Made by a program: the position numbers and the translations under genes. Shown here in pieces: positions 40,224-51,160 of a stretch of 64,000 nucleotides of DNA. The stretch is from NCBI GenBank assembly GCA_965198625.1, contig OZ240667.1:3967669-4031668 (forward strand). Direction: 5' to 3'. The stretch is from an uncultured Granulicella sp. (GTDB lineage: Bacteria > Acidobacteriota > Terriglobia > Terriglobales > Acidobacteriaceae). The first letter of the stretch is position 1; the number at the start of each line of letters is the position of its first letter. A model generated the notes under the pieces. The model worked only from the letters and a program-made list of their open reading frames with translations, was not told the DNA's origin and did not search any database.

Positions 40224-41801
40224 TCACCGCGCCTTCAATCGAAACGCCTCAAACGTCGCGCTCAACCCGCGCGGCCCTTCCAGCAACATCCCGATGCGCA
40301 ACGCCCGGTCCCACGCCGGCAGGTCCGACGCGTCATACTCCCCGCCCGCCTCCTGCCACTTCACCCCGTCCACCGAATACAGAAACTGCAGATGGTGCGG
40401 CGTCCGCACCGTTACCGACCGCAGCCAGATCTTCTCTGCCGCCGGCGCCTCCGCCTCCCACACCACCGCCTGCATCGCTCCCCGCCGCTGCCACAGGTTG
40501 ATCCAGAACCCTGTCCCATCCGCCTTGCCCCGCAGCCCCAGCCCGATCGTATTGAACGGATCGCCGATCACCGCCAACCCCGCCCACAGCCCCGGCTCCC
40601 GGCTCTCGGGGATCTTTAGCGCGATCGTAGCCTGGTAGTGCTTGCCCGCCGGCCGCGGCACCGCCAGGATCGCCGACTCCACCGGCCGCTCCGACAGGGA
40701 GCACATCGGCGGAATCCGCAGCACCAGCCCCTCCCCGCCCGTGCTGATCTCCGGCCGCGTATTCACCGGCCACTGCCACGCTGGTCCCGGCTCCGGCCCG
40801 CTGAAGTCATCCCGGAAGTCGATCGGCGTGGCCTTCGCATACTCCCCCGGCCCCCGCCCCGAGTTCACGCTCGGCCAGCCCTCGCGTCCCTCCGCGTCCT
40901 TCGCCGGCCAGGCAATCTCGTCCAGCACTGCCTCCCGCCCCACGTAGATCGTGCCTCCCTCCGGGTACGCATGGTAGAGCAGGTAATCGCTCCCCGCATC
41001 GCTCTTCACCGCCGTCCCATGCCCCGGGCAGCGCCAGCGGTCGTTCGCGCCAATCAGCGGATTGGCCGGATACTTCTCCCACGGCCCCAGCAGCCGGTCC
41101 GCCCGCGCGACGCCCTCCGCGTACTTGCACTCCCGCCCGCAGCACGCGTTGCCTGCATAGAACATGTAAAACCGCTGCTCATGCCGAAAGATATAGGGCC
41201 CCTCCACCACACCCTCCTCCCACCCCTGGTCGTTGACGATCAGCATCGTCTTCTCGCCCGTCAGCCGCAGCAGGTCGTCGCTCAGCCGCTGCGCCCATAT
41301 CGGCGTCGGCCACCCTCGCGAGTTGCCGTCCTCCTTCCAGATCAGGTACGGCGCACCCTCTTCATCGCGCGCAAAACACGGATCGATCGACCCGTCCACC
41401 TCGCAGATCAATGGCCCATGATCCGTATACGGACCCCCCGGCGCATCCGCCGTCGCCACCGCGATGCACAGCGGCCCACCCCGCTTCTGCCCCACATACC
41501 AGACGAAAAAACGGTTCGAGCTCTCGTCATGCACCAGCTCCGGCGCCCAGAACGACCCCTCCGCCCACGCCGGCTGCTGCGGGAACACCGATCCCGCCGG
41601 CCGCCAGTTCGCCAGGTCCGTCGACCGGAACAGCGGAAACTGCGGCGACCACTCTCCCGACGTCGCCGACGCCCAGTACACTCCATCCACCCGGATAATC
41701 GTCGGGTCCGGATGGTCCCCCGGCACCACCGGGTTCGTCCACTTCGGCACTCCGGTCGCAAGCGCCGGTTCCAGTGCAAGTTCGATCTTTGCCGACCGCA
41801 T
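40224..41801 (-). CDS. Glycoside hydrolase family 43 with C-terminal beta-sandwich
   Basis: HPDPTI, WAPEL, SIDP, VEGP, PGHG. Confidence 0.92.
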   Translation of the reverse strand: MRSAKIELALEPALATGVPKWTNPVVPGDHPDPTIIRVDGVYWASATSGEWSPQFPLFRSTDLANWRPAGSVFPQQPAWAEGSFWAPELVHDESSNRFFVWYVGQKRGGPLCIAVATADAPGGPYTDHGPLICEVDGSIDPCFARDEEGAPYLIWKEDGNSRGWPTPIWAQRLSDDLLRLTGEKTMLIVNDQGWEEGVVEGPYIFRHEQRFYMFYAGNACCGRECKYAEGVARADRLLGPWEKYPANPLIGANDRWRCPGHGTAVKSDAGSDYLLYHAYPEGGTIYVGREAVLDEIAWPAKDAEGREGWPSVNSGRGPGEYAKATPIDFRDDFSGPEPGPAWQWPVNTRPEISTGGEGLVLRIPPMCSLSERPVESAILAVPRPAGKHYQATIALKIPESREPGLWAGLAVIGDPFNTIGLGLRGKADGTGFWINLWQRRGAMQAVVWEAEAPAAEKIWLRSVTVRTPHHLQFLYSVDGVKWQEAGGEYDASDLPAWDRALRIGMLLEGPRGLSATFEAFRLKAR

Positions 41802-41892
41802 AACGCTTCAGATGCTCGCCGACCCCGTTTTGCACGTCGGGCGATCCATGAGCCTATTGACACGGTCGTTATAATAGAGACAGAAAGAAATC

Positions 41893-41921
41893 AGAGCCTG
41901 GCCCACAAAGCCGGGCTCTTT
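41893..41921 (+). terminator. Terminator-like hairpin in the GH43/ssb intergenic region
   Basis: AGAGCCTGGC...GCCGGGCTCT then TT. Confidence 0.45.
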
Positions 41922-41940
41922 CCTTGTGCAATCCACTTCT

Positions 41941-42005
41941 TGAGTCAGACCTAAGTGGCTTGTTTTCAAATTTTTGACTCTCTTTGACGGGGTGGGGGGT
42001 ACCCC
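41941..42005 (-). repeat. AT-rich dispersed intergenic motif, copy A
   Basis: C-run then CAAAAATTTGAAAACAAGCCACTTAGGTCTGACT; similar to 59235-59297. Confidence 0.55.
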
Positions 42006-42066
42006 CATCCACCGCACCATCTGCTATCCTCAACCCCGGAACCCCAAAGCACTCGGAGCGCTTCTC

Positions 42067-42546
42067 ATGGCAAAAGGCGTCAATAAAGTCTTCCTCCTCG
42101 GCAACGTAGGCAAGGACCCCGAAATTCGCTCCACCGCCGGCGGCATGACCGTCGCCAGCTTCTCGCTCGCCACGGCCGACCGCGCCAAAGACCAGCAGGG
42201 AAACTGGGCCGACAAGACCGAGTGGCACAACATCGTCTGCTTCCAGCGCACCGCCGAGGTCGTCCGCGACTACGTCAAGAAGGGGTCGCAGCTCCTCATC
42301 GAGGGCAAGATCCAGACCCGCTCCTGGGATGACAAAGCCAGCGGCGAAAAGAAGTACAAGACCGAAATCCTCTGCAACGAGCTCACCCTGCTCGGCGGCA
42401 AATCCGGCGGTGCCGAGGCCGGCGCCGGCGGCAGCTACTCCCGCTCCAGCGCCGCCTCCTCCTCCACCTCCTACGACCAGCGCCAGCCCGCCGCCACCCC
42501 CGACTACGGCGACGCCGGCATCACCGACGACGACATCCCCTTCTAA
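42067..42546 (+). CDS. ssb: Single-stranded DNA-binding protein
   Basis: VNKVFLLGNVGKDPE, TEWH, IEGKIQTRSW, C-terminal DDDIPF. Confidence 0.98.
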   Translation: MAKGVNKVFLLGNVGKDPEIRSTAGGMTVASFSLATADRAKDQQGNWADKTEWHNIVCFQRTAEVVRDYVKKGSQLLIEGKIQTRSWDDKASGEKKYKTEILCNELTLLGGKSGGAEAGAGGSYSRSSAASSSTSYDQRQPAATPDYGDAGITDDDIPF

Positions 42547-42601
42547 ATCACCGCCGTTCACTGCTTCACACTGCCCTTTTTACTGCCTCACCCTGTCTCC
42601 C

Positions 42602-42937
42602 ATGCTTGACGAGCCCACCTTCCGCCGCGTCTCCGACCACGCTCTCCACGAGCTCAAGCAGTCCCTCATCGCCGCCGAGGAAGACGGCGGCTTCGAGACC
42701 GAGGACAACAACGGCGTGCTCAACGTCCTCTTCGAAGACGGCTCTTTCAAATTCGTCTTCACGCCGCAAACGCCTGTCCGCCAGCTCTGGATCTCCGCCC
42801 GCTCCACCAGCTTCAAGCTGGAGTGGTCCGAATCCGCCAGCGCCTTCGTCCTGCCCAAAACCGGCGAAGACCTCAAGACCCTCACCCAGCGCCTCCTCCA
42901 GGAGCAGCTCGGCGACCCCGCCATCACCCTCGCCTGA
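42602..42937 (+). CDS. cyaY: Frataxin-like iron donor protein
   Basis: Acidic N-terminal helix, GVLNV.F, QTPVRQLWISA. Confidence 0.85.
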   Translation: MLDEPTFRRVSDHALHELKQSLIAAEEDGGFETEDNNGVLNVLFEDGSFKFVFTPQTPVRQLWISARSTSFKLEWSESASAFVLPKTGEDLKTLTQRLLQEQLGDPAITLA

Positions 42938-43111
42938 TTGGCTTACCGCCCGCCCCGAACTCCCGCGGAAATGCATCCCCGCGCGCTATGATGGTGCTAT
43001 CACCTTCATCGCGGAAACTCCCGCTCCCAACCCTCCCCGGGCGTAAGGACTTCTGTCTGCCTCAACCTGCACCAGACGCCCATGGGCCCCAGGGTTTCGG
43101 AGAACTGATCC

Positions 43112-43906
43112 ATGCCCCTGCTTTCGGTTGCCATCATCACCTGTGACGAAGAACGCAACCTGGCCCGCACCCTGGCCAGCGTCAGCTTCGCCAACGAGAT
43201 CGTCGTCGTCGACTCCGGCTCCGCCGACCGCACCGTCGAGATCGCCGAATCCTTCGGCGCCCGCGTCTTCAAGCGCAGCTGGCCCGGCTTCGCCGCCCAG
43301 AAGAACTTCGCCATCGCCCAGTGCACCGGCGACTGGATCCTCTCGCTCGACGCCGACGAAGAGCTCTCACCCGAGCTCTGCCGCCAGATCTCCGTCCTGC
43401 TGCCCACCAACCCGCCCGCCGACGCCTACTTCATCAAGCGCCGCAACCTCTTCCTCAACCGCTGGATCAAATACGGCGGCTACTACCCCGACCGCAAGCT
43501 CCGGCTCTTCCGCCGCGCCGCCGCCAACTTCTCCCACGCCCCCCACTTCGAGGAGCGCCCCGTCCACGAGACCATCGTCTTCGACGGCGCCTCCGCCAAC
43601 CTCGACTTCGACCTCATCCACCACGCCTATCCCACGCTCCACGACTACCTCGAGCACATGGACCGCTACTCCACCCTCGGCGCCGAGCTCCTCGTCGCCC
43701 AGGGCCGGGTCAGCGCCTCCTTTCCCGCCTTCGTCTGGAACGTCTTCCTCGTCCCCCAGCTCACCTTTCACTGGAACTACTTCTGCCGCCTCGGCTTCCT
43801 CGACGGCCGCGAGGGCCTGCTCCTGCACCTCTACCATTCCACCTACGTCAGCTGGAAGTACGCCAAGGCCTGGCTCACCGCCCGCCAGTCCACCTCCGCC
43901 GCCTGA
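43112..43906 (+). CDS. GT2 glycosyltransferase (WaaE/LgtF-like)
   Basis: VVDSGSADRT, GFAAQKNFA, LDADE, YPDRKLRLF, VHE, GFLDGREG. Confidence 0.92.
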   Translation: MPLLSVAIITCDEERNLARTLASVSFANEIVVVDSGSADRTVEIAESFGARVFKRSWPGFAAQKNFAIAQCTGDWILSLDADEELSPELCRQISVLLPTNPPADAYFIKRRNLFLNRWIKYGGYYPDRKLRLFRRAAANFSHAPHFEERPVHETIVFDGASANLDFDLIHHAYPTLHDYLEHMDRYSTLGAELLVAQGRVSASFPAFVWNVFLVPQLTFHWNYFCRLGFLDGREGLLLHLYHSTYVSWKYAKAWLTARQSTSAA

Positions 43907-44004
43907 TCCGCTGCCGTCACCTTTGCCGCGCCTGCATCCAATGACGGTCTACGCCGCGAAGCTCCACGCCCCGCTCCCCAATCCCTACCCGCAAGAAAGG
44001 GCCC

Positions 44005-45162
44005 ATGATGCCTTTTGATAAGAAAACAACAACACCGGCCCGTCCCTTCAACGCAGACGCAGTGACCGCGACAATCGAGCGTGCTCTCGAGTCAGCCGGC
44101 CTCAATCCGAAACTGGCGCCACGACCATCGCCCCTGAAGCCCAGCCACAACCAGACGGGCGCAAACCAGTCCACGTCAAAATCCGGCGTCGGCGGCAAAA
44201 TCCGGCAGGCGCTCTTACGTCCATTCGTCTCCCCCTCGGAACTCAAACCTTCGCCCGCCGCCCAGAAAATGTCCGGCAACTTCATCGCCGGCTCCTTCAG
44301 CAACCCCGCCGGCACGCGCGACTACAAGCTCTACATCCCGTCCAGCTACTCTGAGCGCTCGCGCCAGCCGGTTCCGCTTCTCGTCATGCTGCATGGTTGC
44401 AAGCAGTCGCCCGACGACTTCGCCGCCGGCACCCGCATGAACGAGTTCGCCGAGCGGCATGGCTTCCTCGTCCTCTACCCGGCGCAGGCGCGCAACGCCA
44501 ACGGCTCCAAATGCTGGAACTGGTTTCGCCCCGAAGATCAGCTTCGCGACCGCGGCGAGCCCTCCCTCATCGCCGGCATCACGCGCCAGGTGGCATCCAC
44601 CTATCGCGTCGATCCTCACCGCATCTTCGTCGCCGGCCTCTCTGCCGGAGCCGCCATGGCCATCGTTCTCGGCGCCACCTACCCTGATCTTTATGCCGCC
44701 GTCGCAGCCCACTCCGGCCTGGCTTACGCCGTAGCGCACGACGTGCCCTCCGCTCTCGAAGTCATGCAGAGCGGTCCCTCCGCCAACGCCGCTTCGCCTC
44801 GAAACAGCCCGCGCTCCGCCCCCATCATCGTCTTCCACGGCGATCAGGATCGAACCGTTCATCTCAGCAACAGCCTCGCCATCGTGGAGCAGGCCGCCCG
44901 TAACGGCACCGGCCCCACCCGCCCGGCCACCGTCGAGCAGCGCGCCGCTCAGCACAGCGCACAGGGCAAAGCACCCGGTGGTCACGCCTTCACCCGCACC
45001 ATTCATGCCGGCGACGCCTCCCACCCCGCGCTCGAGCAGTGGGTGCTCCACGGCGCCGGACACGCCTGGTCCGGCGGCAGCACCAGCGGCTCCTTCACCG
45101 ACCCGCGCGGTCCCGACGCCTCCGCTGAGTTCATCCGCTTTTTCCTGGCCCAATCTCGCTAA
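44005..45162 (+). CDS. PHB-depolymerase/LpqC family esterase
   Basis: MLHGCKQ, CWNWF, GLSAGA, HGDQD, GHAWSGG. Confidence 0.92.
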   Translation: MMPFDKKTTTPARPFNADAVTATIERALESAGLNPKLAPRPSPLKPSHNQTGANQSTSKSGVGGKIRQALLRPFVSPSELKPSPAAQKMSGNFIAGSFSNPAGTRDYKLYIPSSYSERSRQPVPLLVMLHGCKQSPDDFAAGTRMNEFAERHGFLVLYPAQARNANGSKCWNWFRPEDQLRDRGEPSLIAGITRQVASTYRVDPHRIFVAGLSAGAAMAIVLGATYPDLYAAVAAHSGLAYAVAHDVPSALEVMQSGPSANAASPRNSPRSAPIIVFHGDQDRTVHLSNSLAIVEQAARNGTGPTRPATVEQRAAQHSAQGKAPGGHAFTRTIHAGDASHPALEQWVLHGAGHAWSGGSTSGSFTDPRGPDASAEFIRFFLAQSR

Positions 45163-45326
45163 CCAGCCTCTCTAAGCCAGCCCGTTGCTCCCGTTCTGCC
45201 GCGCTAGCACACCGGCCGAATCGTGTCGCTTTCGACCGCCGGTATCCTCGCCCCTCCCCGCCGCTCGGGGCCAGGGGCTCGACGTTTGCCAGCTCTCCCG
45301 TCCCGCCGCCGTGCTAAAACAAACTC

Positions 45327-47873
45327 ATGCGCTTCTCCAAGCTGACCGCCCTCACGCTCGTCGTGTCCGCCACCCCATTCTTCTCGCTTGCCCAGCGCCC
45401 CGACCGCGCGCCCGCCTCTGACGCACCGCCTCCCACCATCGCCGCCCGCACCGCCTCCATGACCAACATGCCTGGGCTGCTCCCCCTCCACTGGGATGCC
45501 AACGCCGGCAAGCTCTACCTCGAAATTCCCAAACTGAACTACGACCTCCTCTACACCAACTCGCTGCCCTACGGCACCGGCTCCAACGACCTCGGCCTCG
45601 ACCGCGGCCAGACCTCGCCCGGCAAGATCGTTCGCTTCGAGCGCACCGGCCCCAAGGTCCTCCTGGTCGAGCCCAACGAGATGTTCCGCGGCTCCACCAC
45701 CGACCCCAACGAGCTCCTCAGCATCCACCAGTCTTTCCCCGAGTCCGTCCTGGCCGGCTTCAAGGTCGAAGCCGCTAACCCGGGCTCGGACGGACAAGAC
45801 GGAGCGGTTCTGGTCGACGCCACCGACTTCTTCCTGCGCGACGTCCACGGCGTCCTCGAAACCCTCACCCGCATGCAGCAGGGCGCCTACCGCCTGGACC
45901 TCAACCGTTCCACCATCGACCTCGCCGGCACCAAAGCTTTCCCCAAAAACACTGAAGTCGATGCCATCCTCACCTTCGCCACCGACTCAGTGGGCGGAGG
46001 CCGCCGCGGCAACAACTACGTCGCCGAAGTCGCGCCCGACGCCCACGCCCTTACCGTCCACGAGCATCAGTCCTTCCTCGAGCTTCCTCCGCCCGGCTTC
46101 ACCCCGCGCCGCTACGATCCGCGCGCCGGATACTTCCCCAGTTCCTACCGCGACTACAGCGCCCCGCTCGGCGCCGAGCTCGACCAGCAGTTCATCATCC
46201 GCCATCGCCTCATCAAGAAAGACCCCGCCTGCACCCGCGCCTGCGAGCCCGAAGCGCCCATCCAGTACTACGTCGATAGCGGCGCGCCCGAGCCCATCCG
46301 CTCCGCGCTCCTCGAAGGCGCCCGCTGGTGGGATCAGGCCTTCCAGGCCGCCGGTTGGGCGCCCGGCTCCTTCAAGGTCGACATCCTCCCCGCCGGCGCT
46401 GACCCCATGGACGTCCGCTACAACATGATTCAGTGGGTCCACCGCTACACCCGCGGCTGGAGCTACGGCGCCGCAGTCGCCGACCCGCGCACCGGCGAGA
46501 TCATCAAAGGCAACGTCACCCTCGGCTCTCTGCGCGGCCGCCAGGACTACCTTATCGCTGAGGCCCTGCTCAGCCCCTATGTCCAGGGCAAGAAGCCGTT
46601 CACTCCCGAGACAGACCCAATGCTCGCCATGGTGCTCGAACGCCTCCGCCAGCTCGCCGCGCACGAGACCGGCCACACCCTCGGCCTCTCCCACAACTTC
46701 GCCGCCAGCGTCTTCCCCCACACCAACATGGACCAGACCATCTCCGTCATGGAGTACCCCCACCCCTGGATCACGCTCGGCAAGGACGGTATCCCCGACC
46801 TCTCGCACGCCTACCCCGTAGGCATCGGCATCTGGGACAAGACCGCCATCGACTACGGCTACCGCCAGTTCCCGGCCCGTGTCAACGAGCATGAAGCCCT
46901 CAACAAAATCCTCGCCGACTCCGAAAAGACCGGCATGATCTACATCACCGACGAGGACGCCCGCCCCTTCTCCGGCGCTCATCCCTTCGCCCACCTCTGG
47001 GACAACGGCTCCGATCCCGCCGATGAGCTCAACCGCATCCTCACCATCCGCACCGCCGCCCTCGCCCGCTTCGGCGAGAACGCCATCAAGCCCGGCATGC
47101 CGCTCGCACAGCTTGAAGACACGCTCGTCCCGCTTTACCTCCTCCACCGCTATCAGGCCGAGGCCGCCATCAAGGAGATCGGCGGCCTCAACTACCGCTA
47201 CTCCCTGCGTGACGACGGCCAGATGCTCCCCACCATCGTCGACAATGCCACCCAGCAGAAGGCGATCCAGGCCGTCCTCAAGACTCTCTCGCCCGAAACC
47301 CTGACCCTGCCCGAGTCGCTCCTGCGCATCCTCCCGCCACGTCCGCCCGGCCTTCGCCGCACCGCGGAATCCTTCCCCTCCCAGACCGGCCTCACCTTCG
47401 ACCCCATCGCCGCCGCCGAATCCGCCGCCGATCTGACCCTGCAGGTGCTTCTCGATCCCGCTCGCGCCTCGCGCATCGTGCAGTACCACATGCGTACGCC
47501 GCCCTCCTCCACCTCGCTTCGCGAGCTTCTGGAAGCTTTGTCGAAGGCCACTGCCTACCGTCCTGAGGGCGGCCACACCATGTCCTCCGAGGTCGCCCGC
47601 GCCGTCGAGTTCCGGGCCCTCGAGGCCATGTTCGCCCTTGCGGTCAACCCCGCCGCATCCTCGCAGGCGCGTGCCATCGCCCGCTCCCACCTCGAGGACG
47701 TCCTCAAGACCTTCACCTCCACCCCGCCCCCCAGCGACTCCGCCGAAGCCATCCACCGCACCGCCATGATCGCCCGCATCCAGGAGTTCCAGCGCGACCC
47801 CGCCAAGTTCGTCCCGGCCAAGCCCATTGAAGCCCCGCCCGGCATGCCCATCGGCGACGACCCGGACTTCTAA
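45327..47873 (+). CDS. Secreted zinc metalloprotease (metzincin, DUF4953-like)
   Basis: HETGHTLGLSHNF plus SVMEY Met-turn; DPRTGEI. Confidence 0.92.
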   Translation: MRFSKLTALTLVVSATPFFSLAQRPDRAPASDAPPPTIAARTASMTNMPGLLPLHWDANAGKLYLEIPKLNYDLLYTNSLPYGTGSNDLGLDRGQTSPGKIVRFERTGPKVLLVEPNEMFRGSTTDPNELLSIHQSFPESVLAGFKVEAANPGSDGQDGAVLVDATDFFLRDVHGVLETLTRMQQGAYRLDLNRSTIDLAGTKAFPKNTEVDAILTFATDSVGGGRRGNNYVAEVAPDAHALTVHEHQSFLELPPPGFTPRRYDPRAGYFPSSYRDYSAPLGAELDQQFIIRHRLIKKDPACTRACEPEAPIQYYVDSGAPEPIRSALLEGARWWDQAFQAAGWAPGSFKVDILPAGADPMDVRYNMIQWVHRYTRGWSYGAAVADPRTGEIIKGNVTLGSLRGRQDYLIAEALLSPYVQGKKPFTPETDPMLAMVLERLRQLAAHETGHTLGLSHNFAASVFPHTNMDQTISVMEYPHPWITLGKDGIPDLSHAYPVGIGIWDKTAIDYGYRQFPARVNEHEALNKILADSEKTGMIYITDEDARPFSGAHPFAHLWDNGSDPADELNRILTIRTAALARFGENAIKPGMPLAQLEDTLVPLYLLHRYQAEAAIKEIGGLNYRYSLRDDGQMLPTIVDNATQQKAIQAVLKTLSPETLTLPESLLRILPPRPPGLRRTAESFPSQTGLTFDPIAAAESAADLTLQVLLDPARASRIVQYHMRTPPSSTSLRELLEALSKATAYRPEGGHTMSSEVARAVEFRALEAMFALAVNPAASSQARAIARSHLEDVLKTFTSTPPPSDSAEAIHRTAMIARIQEFQRDPAKFVPAKPIEAPPGMPIGDDPDF

Positions 47874-47975
47874 CCGGGTGCTCCATGATCGGCCCCGCAC
47901 CGAAGTGTCGAGGCCTGATCATGGAGCCATTCGCTTCCGCTCGAAGCGCGCCATAATGCTCGCAGAGGAACCGCG

Positions 47976-48200
47976 ATGGCCGCCGCCACCTGGTCCGTCC
48001 CTCAACCCATCTCTTTCGAAGAGTACATGCGCGCCCTACCACCCCGATTGCGAGTTTGTCGACGGCTATCTGCAGGAACGAATCGTGCGCGACCCGAGAC
48101 ATGACTTAATCCAAATGCAGGTCGGATTCTGGTTCCTCTCCCACCCCGAGTGGAACGCTCATGCAATATCCCCGCACCAAATCCGCTCTGAGCAAGCCCT
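47976..48200 (+). pseudogene. Uma2-family endonuclease fragment
   Basis: ISFEEYMRA, frameshift near 48036, then YHPDCEFVDGYLQER..HDLIQ; truncated by the convergent SDR gene. Confidence 0.75.
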
Positions 48201-48207
48201 GACGCCC

Positions 48208-48945
48208 TTACCAGGGCAGCGTCTTCCCCATGTGGAAGTACCCGCCGGTAGGCCCATCCTCGCCCAGCAGCGCCAACTCCACCTCCGTCTTGGCCCCGTC
48301 CTCTACCTCCAGCATCGCCGCATCCGTCCCCATGTCCGTCTTCACCCATCCCGGGTGCGCCGAGTTCACCTTGATCTTCGTCCCTTCCAGCGTCTTCGCC
48401 AGGTGAACCGTGTAGGCGTTCAGCGCCGTCTTCGACGCGTCGTACGCCAGCACCATGGACCCCGACCCGCCCAGCTTCCCGTTCGAATGCATCGTCAGCG
48501 ATCCCAGGATGCTCGACACATTCACCACCCGCCCCGCCGCGCTCTTCCTCAGCAACGGCAGCATGGCGTTGGTCACATTCACCACCGCAAAGAAATTCGT
48601 ATCAAACGTCCGCCGCAGGTTCTCTTCCGACACCTCCAGCGTGCTGTTCCGCCCCAGCGTCTCCGTCATCAGCCCCGCGTTGTTCACCAGGATATCGAGC
48701 CGCCCAAACTCCTCCTCAATCATCTTCGCCGCCGCCGCGATGTCGTCCTTGTTCACCACGTCTAGCTGCAGCGCCCGTGCGTCCACGCCCTCGCTCTTCA
48801 AATCCTCGGCCGCCGCCTGCCCTTTGGCCAGGTCACGCGCGCCCATCAGCACAATCACCCCTTGTTTGCCCAGCTGCCGCGCCGTCTCCAGGCCAAGCCC
48901 CTTGTTCGCACCTGAAATCAACGCCACTTTCTTCTCATCCGCCAT
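48208..48945 (-). CDS. SDR oxidoreductase (carbonyl-reductase-like)
   Basis: SGANKGLG, NNAG, NVSS, YDASK, HPGWVKTDMG. Confidence 0.93.
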   Translation of the reverse strand: MADEKKVALISGANKGLGLETARQLGKQGVIVLMGARDLAKGQAAAEDLKSEGVDARALQLDVVNKDDIAAAAKMIEEEFGRLDILVNNAGLMTETLGRNSTLEVSEENLRRTFDTNFFAVVNVTNAMLPLLRKSAAGRVVNVSSILGSLTMHSNGKLGGSGSMVLAYDASKTALNAYTVHLAKTLEGTKIKVNSAHPGWVKTDMGTDAAMLEVEDGAKTEVELALLGEDGPTGGYFHMGKTLPW

Positions 48946-49023
48946 CGCCTTCACCTCACTCCGGAAACTAGTCCTTCAGATGCACGCAAGCCTCCAACGC
49001 TGCACAAATGGCCGCCTCCTTCG

Positions 49024-49416
49024 CTAGTCCCTGGCCCGTCGCCCCGGCGGCGTCCGCACAAACACATACGAGTAGCTCCGCGCCGGCCGCCGGCTGTCGT
49101 CCATATACACCGTAAAATCTTCGACCTCCAGCCTGCTCGCGTCTCCCGGCATCAGCCGCATCTTCATCGTGTTGTGAACACCCGTCACATCGTGCGTTAC
49201 CACCAGGTAGCCGCCGTCCAGCGACCCTCGCGCCGCACCCCAGTCGCACGCCGCCGGCCGGCACACCGCCCACGCCTGCACCATCGCACCCACAATCCGC
49301 AGATGCTCCATCGTGTTGGCCTGCCCGTCGCAGTACCAGTCGCCGTTCATCTGCGCTCCCGCCACCGCCGTCCCCAGCAACCCCGTCATCAGCAGCCAGC
49401 ACCGTACAAGCCGCAT
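49024..49416 (-). CDS. Small secreted hypothetical protein
   Basis: Signal peptide, AWAVCRPAACDWG; GAGGAGG RBS. Confidence 0.65.
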   Translation of the reverse strand: MRLVRCWLLMTGLLGTAVAGAQMNGDWYCDGQANTMEHLRIVGAMVQAWAVCRPAACDWGAARGSLDGGYLVVTHDVTGVHNTMKMRLMPGDASRLEVEDFTVYMDDSRRPARSYSYVFVRTPPGRRARD

Positions 49417-49582
49417 ACGCCCTCCTCGGAACCACCTCAGAAATCGTTCAACTCACCAGTTCAGCTCACTACTCCAACTCACCAAAAACAGTGCACTTTC
49501 TCTCGCCGCCAATGTACTACGCCCCAGCCGTGCGCCAACATACAACCATGGGGGCAACGCACGCTGCCGTATACTTTCCCAC

Positions 49583-50023
49583 ATGTCCGCCCCGCCCATC
49601 CGCGTGCTGGTCGCCAAGCCCGGCCTCGACGGCCACGACCGCGGCGCCCGCATCATCGTCCGCGCGCTCCGCGACGCCGGCATGGACGTCTTCTACACCG
49701 GCCTCCGCCAGACCCCCGAGATGATCGTCGCCGCCGCCCTCCACCACCACGTCGACTGCATCGGCATCTCCATCCTCTCCGGCGCCCACAACACCATCAT
49801 CCCCCGCATCCACGCCCTTCTCCACGAGCACCACGCACAGGACACCCTGCTCGTCCTCGGCGGCACCATCCCGGCCCACGATGCGGCCGCCCTCCTGCGC
49901 CATCACGGCGTCGCCGCCATCTTCGGCCCCGGCACCCCCCTCGCAACCACCATCGCCTTCATCCGCGCCAACACTCGCGTCAACATCCAAGTCCACGCCC
50001 AAGCCGGCGCCGTCTTGGCCTGA
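49583..50023 (+). CDS. Stand-alone cobalamin-binding subunit of an acyl-CoA (methylmalonyl-CoA-type) mutase
   Basis: AKPGLDGHDRGA (DxHxxG), SILSGAH, GGTIP, IFGPGT. Confidence 0.92.
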   Translation: MSAPPIRVLVAKPGLDGHDRGARIIVRALRDAGMDVFYTGLRQTPEMIVAAALHHHVDCIGISILSGAHNTIIPRIHALLHEHHAQDTLLVLGGTIPAHDAAALLRHHGVAAIFGPGTPLATTIAFIRANTRVNIQVHAQAGAVLA

Positions 50024-50130
50024 TGCGGCTGAATCTCCCTCTCCGCCAGTCCGCACAGTCATAGTCAGACAAGCCAAAGTCTACCCAGCCCAAGTCCGCA
50101 CAAGTCCTAGTTCGCACAAGCCAGGAGCCC

Positions 50131-50934
50131 ATGCCTCAAACCGTCCTCGTCGCCGACCACGGCCCGGTCCGCACCCTCACCCTCAATCGCCCGCACCGCC
50201 GCAACGCCCTCACCCCCGAGATGCAGCAGGAGCTCATCGCCGCCCTCGACGATACCGCCGCCTCCTCCGGCGTCCGCGCCCTCATCCTCACCGGCGCCGG
50301 CGAACACTTCTGCGCCGGCCTCGACATCTCCGCCCTCAAGGATCTCGCCGAGGACGTCTCCCGCGCCGGCTTTGAGCCCGCTGCCTTCCAGCTCCAGGAC
50401 GACGCCAACCGCATCTCCCGCGTCTTCCGCACCCTCTACGAACTCCCCATCCCCACCATCGCCGCCGTCGACGGCTACGCGCTCGCCGGCGGCACCGGCC
50501 TGGCCACCCTCTGCGACTTCACCCTCGCCACACCTGCCGCGCAGTTCGGCTACACCGAGGCGCGCATCGGCTTCATTCCCGCCCTCGTCTCCGTCTACCT
50601 CACCCTCCAGGTCGGTGAAAAGCGCGCCCGCGATCTGCTCCTCACCGCCCGCCTCTTTCCCGCCTCCGAAGCCCAGACCCTCGGCCTGGTCAACGAGATC
50701 CTCCCGTCCGAGTCACTCCTGCCCCGCGCCGAAGCCCTCGCCCACTCCCTCCTCCAGAACTCTCCCGGCTCGCTCCGCGCCACCAAGCTCCTGCTCGCCC
50801 GCCAGAACCGTCCCTTCCTCGACGCCGCCATCGCCAACGCCCTTGAAGCCAACGCTGCCATCCGCCAGACCCCCGAGTTCCGCGAAGGCATCACCGCCTT
50901 CCTCGAAAAACGCAAACCCGCCTGGACCTCCTGA
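50131..50934 (+). CDS. Enoyl-CoA hydratase family, probable methylglutaconyl-CoA hydratase (LiuC-like)
   Basis: LNRP..RNAL, FCAGLD, GYALAGG, TEARIG, AFLEKRKP; next to HMG-CoA lyase. Confidence 0.85.
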   Translation: MPQTVLVADHGPVRTLTLNRPHRRNALTPEMQQELIAALDDTAASSGVRALILTGAGEHFCAGLDISALKDLAEDVSRAGFEPAAFQLQDDANRISRVFRTLYELPIPTIAAVDGYALAGGTGLATLCDFTLATPAAQFGYTEARIGFIPALVSVYLTLQVGEKRARDLLLTARLFPASEAQTLGLVNEILPSESLLPRAEALAHSLLQNSPGSLRATKLLLARQNRPFLDAAIANALEANAAIRQTPEFREGITAFLEKRKPAWTS

Positions 50935-50940
50935 CCCGCC

Positions 50941-51160
<220 letters not shown>

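Noticed and set aside
41857-41875. TTGACA and TATAAT as a sigma70 promoter
   Set aside because: Both hexamers are perfect but only 7 bp apart (about 17 needed); they could belong to separate promoters.
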